Shown: positions 25,885-39,602, counted from the stretch's first letter. The stretch is 64,000 nt of DNA from Eledone cirrhosa (GCA_964016885.1 OZ024750.1:39804001-39868000), one strand, 5' to 3'. The notes: generated by a model from the sequence alone, not told the origin. A program made the numbers and translations.

Positions 25885-27875
25885 TAGTTGGTGGTGGTGG
25901 TGGTGTTGTTATTGGTGGTGGTGGTGGTGGTGTTGTTATTGGTGGTGGTGGTGGTGGTGTTGTTATTGGTGGTGGTGGTGGTGGTGTTGTTATTGGTGGT
26001 GGTGGTGGTGGTGGTGTTGTTATTGGTGGTGGTGGTGGTGTTGGTGGTGGTGGTGGTGTTGTTATTGGTGGTGGTGGTGGTGGTGTTGTTATTGGTGGTG
26101 GTGGTGGTGGTGGTGTTGTTATTGGTGGTGGTGGTGGTGTTGGTGGTGGTGTTGTTATTGGTGGTGGTGGTGGTGGTGTTGTTATTGGTGGTGGTGGTGG
26201 TGGTGGTGTTATTGGTGGTGGTAGTGGTGGTGTTGTTATTGGTGGTGGTGGTGGTGGTGGTGTTGTTATTGGTGGTGGTGGTGGTGGTGGTGTTGTTATT
26301 GGTGGTGGTGGTGGTGGTGTTGTTATTGGTGGTGGTGGTGGTAGTGGTGGTGTTGTTATTGGTGGTGGTGGTGGTGGTGGTGTTGTTATTGGTGGTGGTG
26401 GTGGTGGTGTTGTTATTGGTGGTGGTGGTGGTGGTGGTGTTGTTATTGGTGGTGGTAGTGGTGGTGGTGTTGTTATTGGTGGTGGTGGTGGTGGTGTTGT
26501 TATTGGTGGTGGTGGTGGTGGTGTTGTTATTGGTGGTGGTGGTGGTGGTGGTGTTGTTATTGGTGGTGGTGGTGGTGGTGTTGTTATTGGTGGTGGTGGT
26601 GGTGGTGGTGTTGTTATTGGTGGTGGTGGTGGTGGTGTTGTTATTGGTGGTGGTGGTGGTGGTGGTGTTGTTATTGGTGGTGGTAGTGGTGGTGTTGTTA
26701 TTGGTGGTGGTGGTGGTGGTGGTGTTGTTATTGGTGGTGGTGGTGGTGGTGGTGTTGTTATTGGTGGTGGTGGTGGTGGTGGTGTTGTTATTGGTGGTGG
26801 TGGTGGTAGTGGTGGTGTTGTTATTGGTGGTGGTGGTGGTGGTGGTGTTGTTATTGGTGGTGGTGGTGGTGGTGTTGTTATTGGTGGTGGTGGTGGTGGT
26901 GGTGTTGTTATTGGTGGTGGTGGTGGTGGTGGTGTTGTTATTGGTGGTGGTACTGGTGGTAGTGGTGGTGTTGTTATTGGTGGTGGTGGTGGTGGTGTTG
27001 TTATTGGTGGTGGTGGTGGTGGTGTTGTTATTGGTGGTGGTGGTGGTGGTGGTGTTGTTATTGGTGGTGGTGGTGGTGGTGGTGTTGTTATTGGTGGTGG
27101 TGGTGGTGGTGTTGTTGTTATTGGTGGTGGTGGTGGTGGTGGTGTTATTGGTGGTGGTACTGGTGTTGGTGGTGGTGGTGGTGTTGTTATTGGTGGTGGT
27201 ACTGGTGGTAGTGGTGGTGTTGTTATTGGTGGTGGTGGTGGTGGTGGTGGTGGTGGTGGTGGTGTTGTTATTGGTGGTGGTGGTGGTGGTGTTGTTATTG
27301 GTGGTGGTACTGGTGGTGGTGGTGGTGTTGTTATTGGTGGTGGTGGTGGTGGTGTTGTTATTGGTGGTGGTGGTGGTGGTGTTGTTATTGGTGGTGGTGG
27401 TGGTGGTGTTGTTATTGGTGGTGGTGGTGGTGGTGTTGTTATTGGTGGTGGTGGTGGTGGTGTTGTTATTGGTGGTGGTACTGGTGGTGGTGGTGGTGTT
27501 GTTATTGGTGGTGGTGGTGGTGGTGTTGTTATTGGTGGTGGTACTGGTGGTGGTGGTGGTGTTGTTATTGGTGGTGGTGGTGGTGGTGGTGGTACTGGTG
27601 GTAGTGGTGGTGTTGTTATTGGTGGTGGTGGTGGTGGTGTTGTTATTGGTGGTGGTGGTGGTGGTGTTGTTATTGGTGGTGGTACTGGTGTTGGTGGTGG
27701 TGGTGGTGTTGTTATTGGTGGTGGTACTGGTGGTAGTGGTGGTGTTGTTATTGGTGGTGGTGGTGGTGGTGTTGTTATTGGTGGTGGTACTGGTGGTAGT
27801 GGTGGTGTTGTTATTGGTGGTGGTGGTGGTGGTGTTGTTATTGGTGGTGGTGGTGGTGTTGTTATTGGTGGTGAG
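25885..27875. repeat. (GGT)n-GTTGTTATT compound minisatellite
   Basis: Pure trinucleotide-based array. Confidence 0.95.
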
Positions 27876-27929
27876 TATAATTGTTGTTTTAATAGGAATA
27901 CCATCACAGGCTGAGAACAAACATTTACT

Positions 27930-28007
<78 letters not shown>

Positions 28008-28216
28008 CAATATAAGTATGTATACATACATATATGTATACAGACGTACAGTAGTATGTATATATATACATACATGCACATATATATATATGTACGTATG
28101 GGTTTACCGAACATTTATTATAATCGATTTGTTTGTAAACAAACAGCCCGAATTACGCCGTACAGTGTTCGGAAACTATCGTCGCCCTTTTGTTCAACAC
28201 TGACACAGGAAGGTAT

Positions 28217-28259
28217 ACGATGCTGACGAAAGCTAATAAGTTTGAAACTAGTACATCGT
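28217..28259 (+). ncRNA. Type I hammerhead ribozyme
   Basis: ACGATG-CTGACGA-AAGCT aata AGTTT-GAAA-CTAG-TA|CATCGT; perfect stem I, palindromic stem III. Confidence 0.88.
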
Positions 28260-28320
28260 TCCTGTGTCAGTGTTGAACAAAAAGGCGACGATGGTTACCG
28301 AACACTGTCTTTAACAGAAC

Positions 28321-29260
28321 ACTGTCTTTAACCTTAGGATAGTAGCCCTAGAAGAAGACAGCCTCTCTACGGCTCTGACAATAATGTCTGGGACTTTAGC
28401 AAGTTGGAGGGCCTCTATCATCCAAGAGTGGGGAACAGAATCGAAAGCTTTCCTGTAGTCCAGCCAGACTGTAGCCATATTCCTCCTAAGTTGTCGCACC
28501 TCCGACATCGCAGTTTTGTTGATTAGGAGTTGTTCAGCACATCCCCAAACCCCTTTCTTTCCAGCTGCTTGTTCATCTGTGATGATGTTATATATTATCA
28601 CAGTGATCTTGGAGGAATAGGTTCAGGCAGGCTGTATACATCTTATACATCAGGTTCTGGCATGCAATGGGTCGGTGTATGTATGTATATATGTATGTAT
28701 GTGTGTATGTACTTCTGGTTTTATAATTTCACAAATTTTTACCAATAGAGAGAGTCGGTTTCTAACATAGACACAAGACTCTCTCATTGGAATTTACACA
28801 ACATCAACTAGGTAGATATGTATGCATGTATGCATGTGTAGATATGGATGTTATTGTATGTGTGGATGTGTATGTTTTGAGTTATGTGTGCAGGTGAATA
28901 TCTGTGTGTATGTGCATATCTGTATATGTGTACATTCAGTTATTACATGTAGAATTTTGGAATGTTTTACATATTTTTACTGTTCCATTAATGGATTGTA
29001 CTTGTAATTTCCTAACTAGTTGTGTTCTTTCTGTTCCTGTGAAGCCCAGCTTCTCAAGATTTGTATTGAGGCAGTTACTAACATACCCCATTGCCCCAAT
29101 AATCACAGGTATAAATCTGAAGGTATAGTCAGGATGGCGTATCTGCAGATTTCTCATTAGTTCTGCATAAATATTCTCCTTTTCGTTAATCTTTGATATT
29201 ATATTGGCATCTGCTGGGCAGCTAACTTCCACTACTGGGCATGCCTTCGTTTCTTGACCC
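28321..29260 (-). mobile_element. Two fragments (RT 28321-28580; RLE and 3' UTR 28710-29260) of the R4/Dong-like family at 7470
   Basis: High identity to 7470-7720 and 9125-9660. Confidence 0.88.
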
Positions 29261-29414
29261 ATGTATGTATGTATGTATGTATGTATGTATGTATGTATGT
29301 ATGTATGTATGTATGTATGTATGTATTTACGTATGTATGTATGTATGTATGTTATATATGTATGTATGTTATGTATGTATGTATGTATGTATGTATGTAT
29401 GTATGTATGTATGT

Positions 29415-29720
29415 TCTTCTTTTTGGTAAATATCATCTTGGTTAAGAGAGTGGGACTGGCTTTGTGCAGTGCCTTTGCTCACTATAAAAGCTTCACGGCA
29501 CAGGCATTGCTTTATATCTGGAGATCTCTCTGCACTTGTCATCACATGGTACCATGGGCCCAGCACTATGTGCCAATAATTGTCACAAGTGTAGTGTTTG
29601 TACCAGAGTTTTCAAGTCGCTGGCTGGACTAAAAAGTCACACTCGTTCAGCGCATCGGTAGGGGTTCTCCTACATGGATATAAAGTAGTGGCCGTACTCG
29701 AAAACGAGTTGGCAGCCACC
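29415..29720 (+). mobile_element. Non-autonomous RTE-derived element, 5'-truncated, with (ATGT)n tail
   Basis: Homologous to 46750-47060. Confidence 0.8.
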
Positions 29721-30881
29721 ATGTATGTATGTATGTATGTATGTATGTATGTATGTATGTATGTATGTATGTATGTATGTATGTTATGTATGTATGTTAT
29801 GTATGTATGTATGTATGTATGTATGTTATGTATGTATGTATGTATGTATGTATGTATGTATGTATGTATGTATGTATGTATGTATGTATGTATGTATTTA
29901 AAAGCAATAACAACAGAAACAGCACAGTACATGGAAGAAATGTGTTAGTTTAACGCTTGAAAAAACAAAAATAGAAATACGAACGAAAGACACAGAACTC
30001 CAGCGTCATCTGCCGTTGAGGTGACCTTTGGCAGTTTCGACCTCTACCTACGGTACTGCTAGTCGACCAGGGGTCACAGTGTCTGACACAAACCAAAACC
30101 CTGTCCAGTGGAGTAAGAGACGAATTACAAAAGCATTAATCCCTCACAATTAACCAAAACAGGCACACAGAATTTTATGTGACGTCAGGGAAAAAGTGTG
30201 GTGCTTCTTATAACACGAGAGTCTCGGAAGAGAAACAAAGAAAAAGGAAAGAAGAAAGGGAAGAAAAAAAGCAAGAAGAAGAAAGTAAGATGTCGAGTTA
30301 ATATTTGTGTCTGTGTGTGTGTGTCTGTGTGTGTGGGTATGTGTGTGTATGCCTACATGCACACATATGCACGCACACACACATTTGCCTACATGTACAC
30401 ACATGCCTACATACACTCATATGCACACACACACATTTAGATAGATAAATATGTACACACACAGACACACACAGACACACACAATCACACACAGACACAC
30501 ACAGACACACACATACACTCACAGACAAACACACACACATGCACGCACACACACACACATATATATTCTCCAATATGGCTGACTCAATACACACGTGCCA
30601 TTTCCCAAATTATTTTCCAGTCCTTCCTCTTCTCACTCTATCTTTCTATTTCATCATTTATGTCCTATTCTATCTTCTGGTGAAGGACAAGAGTCCGAAA
30701 CGAAGACTATTTTCCTACTATATCAAGCGTTAAACTAATATATTTCTTCATTGTACTGTGTTGTTCGCTTTGTTGTTCCGTTTACTTTTTGCCCCCCCCC
30801 CCCATATATGTGTGTGTGTGAGTGTGTGTGTATATATATATGTATATATATATGTATATATATATGTATATATATATGTAC

Positions 30882-30914
<33 letters not shown>

Positions 30915-30968
30915 CATATATATATGTATATATATGTATATATATGTATATATATATGTATATATATG

Positions 30969-31003
<35 letters not shown>

Positions 31004-31046
31004 GTATATATATATATGTATATATATATATACATATATATATGTA

Positions 31047-31113
<67 letters not shown>

Positions 31114-31162
31114 GTATATATATGTATATATATATGTATATATATACATATATATATATGTA

Positions 31163-31293
<131 letters not shown>

Positions 31294-31305
31294 ATATATG
31301 TATAC

Positions 31306-31381
<76 letters not shown>

Positions 31382-31393
31382 ATGTATATATGT

Positions 31394-31439
<46 letters not shown>

Positions 31440-31448
31440 GTATATATG

Positions 31449-31504
<56 letters not shown>

Positions 31505-31732
31505 TCAATGAACATTTGAATATTGACATAGCAAAGTGAAATAGCCAAATACCAGACCACAGAGGAGATAAGTAAACATGTAAATTATTTAAGAATATAT
31601 TGAAGTTCTCAACTTACAGCTTAGCCTGGCTTTACTGTTGGAATATACAAAATAGAGGGAAACAAAGCAGATAAGTGTGTTTGTTGAATATTAAATACAC
31701 ACACACACACAAATATATATATATATATATAT

Positions 31733-32565
31733 ATATAGTAGAATAATCGAGTATCGAAAAATCGGCGCACGAGTTCACGATAAACAAAATTCGAGATGAG
31801 CGGCAGAGGGCTCCATAATTCAAATAAATCAGAGCTATAACTATCGTTAAAATACCGTCACACGTAGAATATGTCTACAATCAACCAAATAACCGAAAAA
31901 TTGCGATATGGAAGATTCGGGACACTCAGATAAATTATCCATAAATCAATAAATGAAATGAATGTAAAAAGCATACCCGGACCCACTAGAGAGATGGTAT
32001 ATCTAGCTTCTTGGGTTTCTGTAAATCCTTAAACCGTCCTCTATCAGCTCACATAAAAATATAAGACTTACAGACAACGGGGGACTGGAGTTACTTCTTC
32101 AACGAGCTTTTGTCCGAACGGATGAAAAGACAAAACCCAGGCTGAAAATACGCACATGGATTTCAGCAAGGGAGATAACCTTTATATCCGCAAAAAATAT
32201 TCGGGAAAATGTGGAATAACACATATCGAATAAGAGTGCTCAATAGACATGTTAAAATAAACAGGAGCTATTCATCATTTAATAGAATCGACAAAAAATG
32301 AACAATAAAATTAACTGGTCAATAGCTAGGTCTAGAGCTAAATATAGTAGAATAATCGAGTATCGAAAAATCGACGCACGAGTTCACGATAAACAAAATT
32401 CGAGATGAGCGGCAGAGGGCTCCATAATTCAAATAAATCAGAGCTATAACTATCGTTAAAATACCGTCACACGTAGAATATGTCTACAATCAACCAAATA
32501 ACCGAAAAATTGCGATATGGAAGATTCGGGACACTCAGATAAATTATCAATAAATCAATAAATGA
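31733..32565 (-). repeat. 609-bp unit with partial tandem duplication between (TA)n tracts; pLTR/retrozyme-like
   Basis: 31733-31957 is repeated at 32342-32565; contains an HHR-like fold. Confidence 0.75.
31975..32107 (-). ncRNA. Type I hammerhead-like motif with U3 core variant and long stems II and III
   Basis: GCTCG-TTGAAGA-[AGTAACTCC..GGATTTACA]-GAAA-CCCA..TGGG-TC|CGGGT. Confidence 0.65.
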
Positions 32566-33367
32566 TATATATATATATATATAATAAGCGACAAGAATTA
32601 ATTATATCTTGCAATCATAGAATTAGAAGAACCTTCAAATATTATAAACCTAATTAATATACACCTTACACTTATATTTTACATATTATTATAATTATTT
32701 TTTTTAATTTATTTTAACCTATAATTAGTACTTTACTACAGAGAACTTCATAATTTTATTTCCCTCTTACAGCTCCCTTTTCCTAAAATTAATACATAGA
32801 AGTATACATATAAATTAATTTAATTTCCTGTCATGAATCTAGATTCCTTGTACTTTATCTAAGATTGGTATTTCTCACTATTACCCTTATCTCAAAATTT
32901 TATTTTCCTTCGTTTTTAACAACATTCTTTAATAACATCTAATTCTTATTTATCACATTCGTATGAATTAATATAAATTTATCCCTATAAGTATACCTAT
33001 CAATTAATTTAATTTCTTGTTATAGATCTAGATTCCTTGTGGTTTAAATAAGATTGGTATTTCTCACTAATACCCTTACCCTAAAATTTTACTTTCCTTC
33101 GTTTTTAACATTATTCTTTAATAAATCAAATTTTCGTGTACTCTTCACCGGCTTGACCTCTTTTCATCCCCAAAGTATTCTTTTCATTCAAAGTATTCTT
33201 TCCATTCAAAATATAAGTCTGCACCCCTCTACCTCTAAATTAAATTTCTACTACTACTATTCTATCAACTTGACCTCTTACTACTTTTTTTATTGGTCAA
33301 TTCAAAACCTGTTCCCAAACAGACCTATTATATTAAATCTTTGTTGGTTTTTTTCAATAAACAAATC

Positions 33368-33503
33368 TCATCATTTCTGAAGACAGCATATATATGTGAA
33401 GGTGTGTATATTTCCTCTGATAGTTTGTAATATTTTTACATAGATCTATATGATATACATACCAACACACATATATATCCTAGAAACGATCGTAAAATGA
33501 TGA
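33368..33503 (+). ncRNA. Type I hammerhead ribozyme with ~100-nt stem II
   Basis: TCATCATTT-CTGAAGA-[ATATATATGTG..CACATATATAT]-GAAA-CGATCG-TA|AAATGATGA; perfect 9-bp stem I. Confidence 0.85.
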
Positions 33504-33682
33504 ATTTTTTAATATAAGGAACTTGTTCTTTGTTTTTATTCATTGTTTTAATTTATCTTGACTCTGTTTTCCTATGATTTACATCGAAAATTTTTGAATG
33601 CATCTTCTCTTTTCATGATATTTGGATTACACTGAGTTCTTCATACGGATTGGACACTACCGTATATTTTGGTAGATTTATC

Positions 33683-33838
<156 letters not shown>

Positions 33839-33855
33839 ATATATATATATATATG

Positions 33856-33900
<45 letters not shown>

Positions 33901-33945
33901 GTGACGAAACATAAGTCAATTGTATGAACTCATAATCCATAATTT

Positions 33946-34001
33946 ACTGTTATATATATTTCGATGATAGCCATTGAATGCCTATGACCTCATCAGGCAG
34001 T
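33946..34001 (-). ncRNA. Type I hammerhead ribozyme, slightly decayed
   Basis: ACTGC-CTGATGA-GGTCATAG..CTATCATC-GAAA-TATATA-TA|ACAGT; first stem I pair mismatched. Confidence 0.6.
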
Positions 34002-34060
34002 TAGTCAGTTCTTAGATATGCCAGCTCTGTGTTTATAGTGTTGATGGTATCAGAGCCTTG

Positions 34061-34177
<117 letters not shown>

Positions 34178-34597
34178 TAAACGGAATAGAAAATGCTGAC
34201 AAATTGTTCACAGTTGAAAAATGGTTTAATTAGGAATAAAAGAGTATTAGTGATTGTATGGGTTAGTATTCAGTTGTGGTTTTAAGTTTTTAAGCTTTTA
34301 CCGGTTGCGCATTTCTAAATGCTTTTCAAAAATAATTTTGAGATAGAGTGCCTGTGCTGTTTGCTCTGATCTGGTAAAAACTTAAAAACTTAAAACCACA
34401 ACTGAATACTAACCCATACAATCACTAATACTCTTTTATTCCTAATTAAACCATTTTTCAACTGTGAACAATTTGTCAGCATTTTCTATTCCGTCAATAT
34501 ATAATAACTTGTGTGTTACACCTCTATTCTTTTAACTATATATATATATATATATACGATATTAAACAAATGGAAACTATATTTATAAAACCATATT

Positions 34598-34663
34598 TAT
34601 TTCATTATACATATTTCAGGGATACCATATTAAAAATATGGCATGCGTTCTTCAGATAAAATA
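34598..34663 (-). ncRNA. Hammerhead ribozyme in a solo Penelope pLTR-like copy
   Basis: TATTTTAT-CTGAAGA-stem II-GAAA-TATGTA-TA|ATGAAATA; inverted partner of 35115. Confidence 0.8.
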
Positions 34664-35114
34664 CAATATATAAGCAGTTTAATAATAATTATTATTATTC
34701 GGTCTACCTCTTTTTTCCCCCCACCTCTATCTTTCTCTACCTCTCTGTTTTCTCTTTATTTATTTTTTATTTCTCTCCGTCTCCTTAACACTATAACTAA
34801 ATAAATAAATAAATAAATAATTACAGTACTCCCTCCCTCCTAAATCTCTCAATTTGTATGATGAATTATTATTATTCATCTGTTGCCTCAGCTGCCTCTC
34901 ATTTTTCACCTCCTCACTATTTCTCTCTCCCATATCTCTCTCTATCTCTCTCTGTTTTTCTTTACATACATTTCTTCCTTTTCTCCGTCTTTCTTTCTAA
35001 CTGTGCTTAACACTAAATATTTATAAACATTTCACTACCAAACCAACTTCTCAAATGGAAGTTGATCAATATTTATGGTACGTCAAATTTATTTATAAAA
35101 CTGCTTATATATTG

Positions 35115-35180
35115 TATTTTATCTGAAGAAGGCATGCCATATTTCTAATATGGTATCCCTGAAATATGTATAATGAAATA
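35115..35180 (+). ncRNA. Hammerhead ribozyme in a solo Penelope pLTR-like copy (35030-35310)
   Basis: TATTTTAT-CTGAAGA-AGGCATGCCATATT tct AATATGGTATCCCT-GAAA-TATGTA-TA|ATGAAATA; homologous to 60736. Confidence 0.85.
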
Positions 35181-35422
35181 AATATGGTTTTATAAATATA
35201 GTTTCCATTTGTTTAATATCGTATATCTACTCCAAAACTTGTTGAGTGCTTTATATCAGTTATAAAATATTTACTCGTTGTAACCCAACAATTTTAAATA
35301 AAACTTTTGCATATATATATATATATATTTAGGTTTACTGGCAACTGCTAATTTTTTGGCCGCCTTCTCGTCTTGGGCATCACTCTGCCTTTTAAGCCCC
35401 TTGGATTATATTACTTTGTTAA

Positions 35423-35424
<2 letters not shown>

Positions 35425-35465
<41 letters not shown>

Positions 35466-36280
35466 ATGTGTGTGTGTGTGGGAGGGAGTTCTCTGGGGTG
35501 TGTGTATATATGTGTATGTGTGTGTGTGTGAGAGGGAGTTCCCTGGTGTGTGTGTGTGTATATATGTGTATGTGTGTATGTGTGAGAGGGAGTTCCCTGG
35601 TGTGTGTGTATGTGTATGTATGAGAGGGAGTTCCCGGTGTGTGTGTGTGTATATATATGTATGTGTGTGTGGGGGGGGAGGGAGTTCTCTGGTGTGTGTA
35701 TGTGTGTGTGTGTGTGTATGTACGAGAGGGAGTTCCCCGGTGTGTGTGAGTGTGTGTGTATATGTATGTGTGTGTGTGTGGGAGGGAGTTCGCTTGTGAG
35801 AGTGTGTGTGTGTGTATGTGTATGTGTGTGTGTGTGGGAGGGAGTTCTCTGGTGTGTGTGTATGGGGGGGGAGTTCCTTGGTGTGTGTGTGTGTGTGTGT
35901 ATGTGTGTGTGAGAGGGAGTTCCCTGGTGTGTGTGTGTATGTGTATGTGTGTGTGTATGAGAGGGAGTTCCCTGGTGTGTGTGTGTATGTGTATGTGTGT
36001 GTGTATGTGTGTTTGTATGAGAGGGAGTTCCCTGGTGTGTGTGTGTGTGCGTATGTGTATGTGTGTGTATGTGTGTGCGTATATGTGTATGGTGTGTGTG
36101 TGTGCGTATGTGTATGTGTGAGAGGGAGTTCCCTGGTGTGTGAGTGTGTGTGTGTATATGTGTATGTGCGTGTGTATGTGTGTATGTGTGTATGTGTGTG
36201 TGTATGTGTATGTGTTTCTGTGTATGTGTGTGTGTGTATATGTATGTGTATGTGTATGTGTGTGTGTATGTGTGTGTGTG
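35425..36280. repeat. (TG)n-based minisatellite with GAGGGAGTTCCCTGG motif
   Basis: Recurrent motif spaced by TG tracts. Confidence 0.9.
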
Positions 36281-36807
36281 AGAGGAATTTTGTTTTCATT
36301 ACCGGAAGTTGTGGAACAGTTTTACGCCAAAGACAAAATGGAGGACAAGCCTCAGAAATTTAAAGAATTAACGACACTGGGATGGGACGGTGCTTGTAGG
36401 GGGTGCCTGTGGGGTGTGGTGGGCTGGGGTGTGGGTGGTGGGGTGGTGGGGTGGGGTGTCTGGTGAGGTGTCTGGTGGGGATCTTTCGGTTGTCTGGTGC
36501 GGTGTGATGAGAATGTTCAGAATGTTCAGAAAGAAATATAAGATTTGGGCGATTTCCCCTACTTCGGCAAAACAAATAAATAACTAAAGGTTAATTAGTA
36601 CAAAAGTAAGGTCGTTAATCAACTTTTGACTTTCGCTAATTTGTCGTTAATTGTACTTCCATGTTTTTTCTTTTGCTTTTTCTTTTTCTTTTTCTTTTTC
36701 TTTTTCTTTTTCTTTTTCTTTTATACGTCTGACTTTGACAAATTTTGGGAGTGTTATATATTCCAGTCCTGACTCATATACACGACACCGATACACCCAC
36801 GTATCTA

Positions 36808-36843
<36 letters not shown>

Positions 36844-36881
36844 CACTTATACACCCATATATATATACCCATATATATATA

Positions 36882-37003
<122 letters not shown>

Positions 37004-37094
37004 TATATGTGTGTATATAAATATATATATATATATATGTGTATATAAATATATATATATATGTGTGTGTGTATATATATATACCCACTTATAG

Positions 37095-37142
<48 letters not shown>

Positions 37143-37270
37143 AAAGTTATATTTAAATTGTTGGGTTAACAACGAGTAAATATTTATAACTGATATAAAA
37201 GCACTCAACAAGTATTTGGAGTATATTTATGATATTAAATAAATGGAAACTATATTTATAAAACCATATT

Positions 37271-37336
37271 TATTTCGTTATATATATTTCAGGGATATCA
37301 TATTAACAATATGTTATGCCATCTTCAGACAAAATA
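37271..37336 (-). ncRNA. Hammerhead ribozyme in a solo Penelope pLTR-like copy (37141-37420)
   Basis: TATTTTGT-CTGAAGA-stem II-GAAA-TATATA-TA|ACGAAATA; compensatory G-C pair in stem I relative to 35115. Confidence 0.82.
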
Positions 37337-37632
37337 CAATATAAACAGTCTTATAAATAAATATATACGACATACCTTTCAATCACCTTGCATTTGGGAG
37401 GTTGATTTGGTAGTAAAAAATATTGTGGACAGTTGTAAAAAGAAAGAGATAAAGAGAGAAAGAAAGAGATACGAAGAAAAAGAAGAAATGCATGTGACTA
37501 AATAGAGGGATATAGAAAGATAGATAAAGAGAAGAACTTCATGTAAAGAAACAGAGAGAAATATATATAGAGAGAGGAAAAAAATATATATATATATATG
37601 TGTGTGTGTGTGTATATATATATATACATATA

Positions 37633-37666
<34 letters not shown>

Positions 37667-37668
37667 AA

Positions 37669-37714
<46 letters not shown>

Positions 37715-38291
37715 ATGTATATATATATATATATATGTATGTATGTGTGTATGTATGTATGTATATATGTATGTATGTATGTGTGTACGTATGTATGTAT
37801 GTGTGTATGTATGTGTGTACGTATGTATGTATATATGTATGTTTGTATGTATGTATGTGTGTATGTGTGTGTATATGTGTGTATGTATGTGTGTATGTAT
37901 GTATGTGTGTATGTGTATGTATGTATGTTTGTATATGTGTTTGTATGTGTGTATATATATATATTTTTATTTTTTTTATTTTATTTTATTTTTTATTTAT
38001 CTATTAATATTTTTTTTCTCCTCTTGCAATGGCCATACTCGATAACGAGGGGGCAGCCATCATGTTTGTATGTATGTGTGTATGTATGTATGTGTGTATG
38101 TGTGTATGTGTGTATGTATGTGTGTACGTATGTATGTATGTATGTGTGTGTTTATGTATGTATATATGTATGTATGTATGTATGTGTGTATGTGTGTATG
38201 TATGTGTGTATGTATGAATGTATGTATGTATGTATGTATGTATGTATGTATGTATGTATGTGTATGTATGTATGTGTATGTATGTATGTAT

Positions 38292-38855
38292 GTATGTCTC
38301 ATGGTCGTGTCGTTGGCGACTAAACTGACAACCCCACCAAGGTTTCTTGGTGAGGAGGGTGACTTTAGACATCCTGCAGGACTAAAAACAAAACCTGTCA
38401 AAGGGCAAGGGAGCTCTTAAGAGTCAATAGCCATCCAAAATCACCGGGAGAGATGGCCCCTTAGCCTTTGTCAAGGCAGAATTCTAGGAGAAGGAAAACT
38501 CTGATATAACACCTGCAACCCTGATGGTATCCAATGATGTTGACTTGTTCTTCTTTTTGGTAAATAGCATCTTGGTTAAGAGAGTGGGACTGGCTTTGTG
38601 CAGTGCCTTTTCTCACTATAAAAACTTCACGGCACAGGCATTGCTTTATATCTGGAGATCTCTCTGCACTTGTCATCACATGGTACCATGGGCCCAGCAC
38701 TATGTGTCAATAATTGTCACAAGTGTAGTGTTTGTACCAGAGTTTTCAAGTCGCTGGCTGCACTAAAAAGTCACACTCGTTCAGCGCATCAGTAGGGGTT
38801 CTCCTACATGGATATAAAGTAGTGGCCGTACTCGAAAACGAGTTGGCAGCCACCA
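38292..38855 (+). mobile_element. Non-autonomous RTE-derived element with (ATGT)n tail
   Basis: Homologous to 46500-47060. Confidence 0.8.
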
Positions 38856-39005
38856 TGTATGTATGTATGTATGTATGTATGTATGTATGTATGTATGTAT
38901 GTATGTATGTATGTGTACGTATGTATGTATGTATGTTTATATGTATATGTGTATGTGTATGTGTGTATGTATGTATGTATGTATGTATGTACGTATGTAT
39001 GTATG

Positions 39006-39221
39006 TTTTCTCTTTCTCTTAATTTCGAGTATATTTTTTTGACCGGCCACCTTCCTGGTGGCAAGGTTGTAAAAGAAAAAAAATTGTCATCCCTTGAATC
39101 GCAAGAATGTTTTGCAAATTTTGAAGGTGGCAGCTATCGCAGCCATTTGTAGACTATGAATTAGGTAGCTGCGCTTTTTGTCCGCAAATCCAAGATCAGT
39201 CATACTTTGGTCCAAGCGGGT

Positions 39222-39225
<4 letters not shown>
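39006..39225 (-). mobile_element. Short 3' fragment of the R4/Dong-like element at 40880, inside (TACA)n
   Basis: Near-identical to 40880-41105. Confidence 0.85.
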
Positions 39226-39253
<28 letters not shown>

Positions 39254-39602
39254 TGTATGTATGTATGTATGTATGTATGTATGTATGTATGTATGTATGT
39301 ATATATGTATGTATGCATGTATGTATGTATGTATGTGTGTATGTGTGTATGAATGTATGTATGTGTGTATGTATGTACGCATGTATGTATGTGTACGTAT
39401 GTATGTATGTATGTTTGTATGTGTGTTTGTATGTGTGTATAGATATGTTTATGTGTGCGCGTGTGTGTGTATATATATATGTATATGTATATTATTATTG
39501 TTGTTATTATTATTATTATTATTATTATTGTTATTAATGTATGTGTCTATGTATATATATATGTGTGTATATATGTATATATATATATGTGTGTATATAT
39601 GT

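Noticed and set aside
25853-28203. Long Pro-, Gly-, Thr- or Val-rich ORFs resembling extensin or mucin
   Set aside because: Open in several frames on both strands because the sequence is a trinucleotide minisatellite
35330-35405. Possible minus-strand exon (SKGLKRQSDAQDEKAAKKLAVASKP)
   Set aside because: No clear splice signals or recognisable homology
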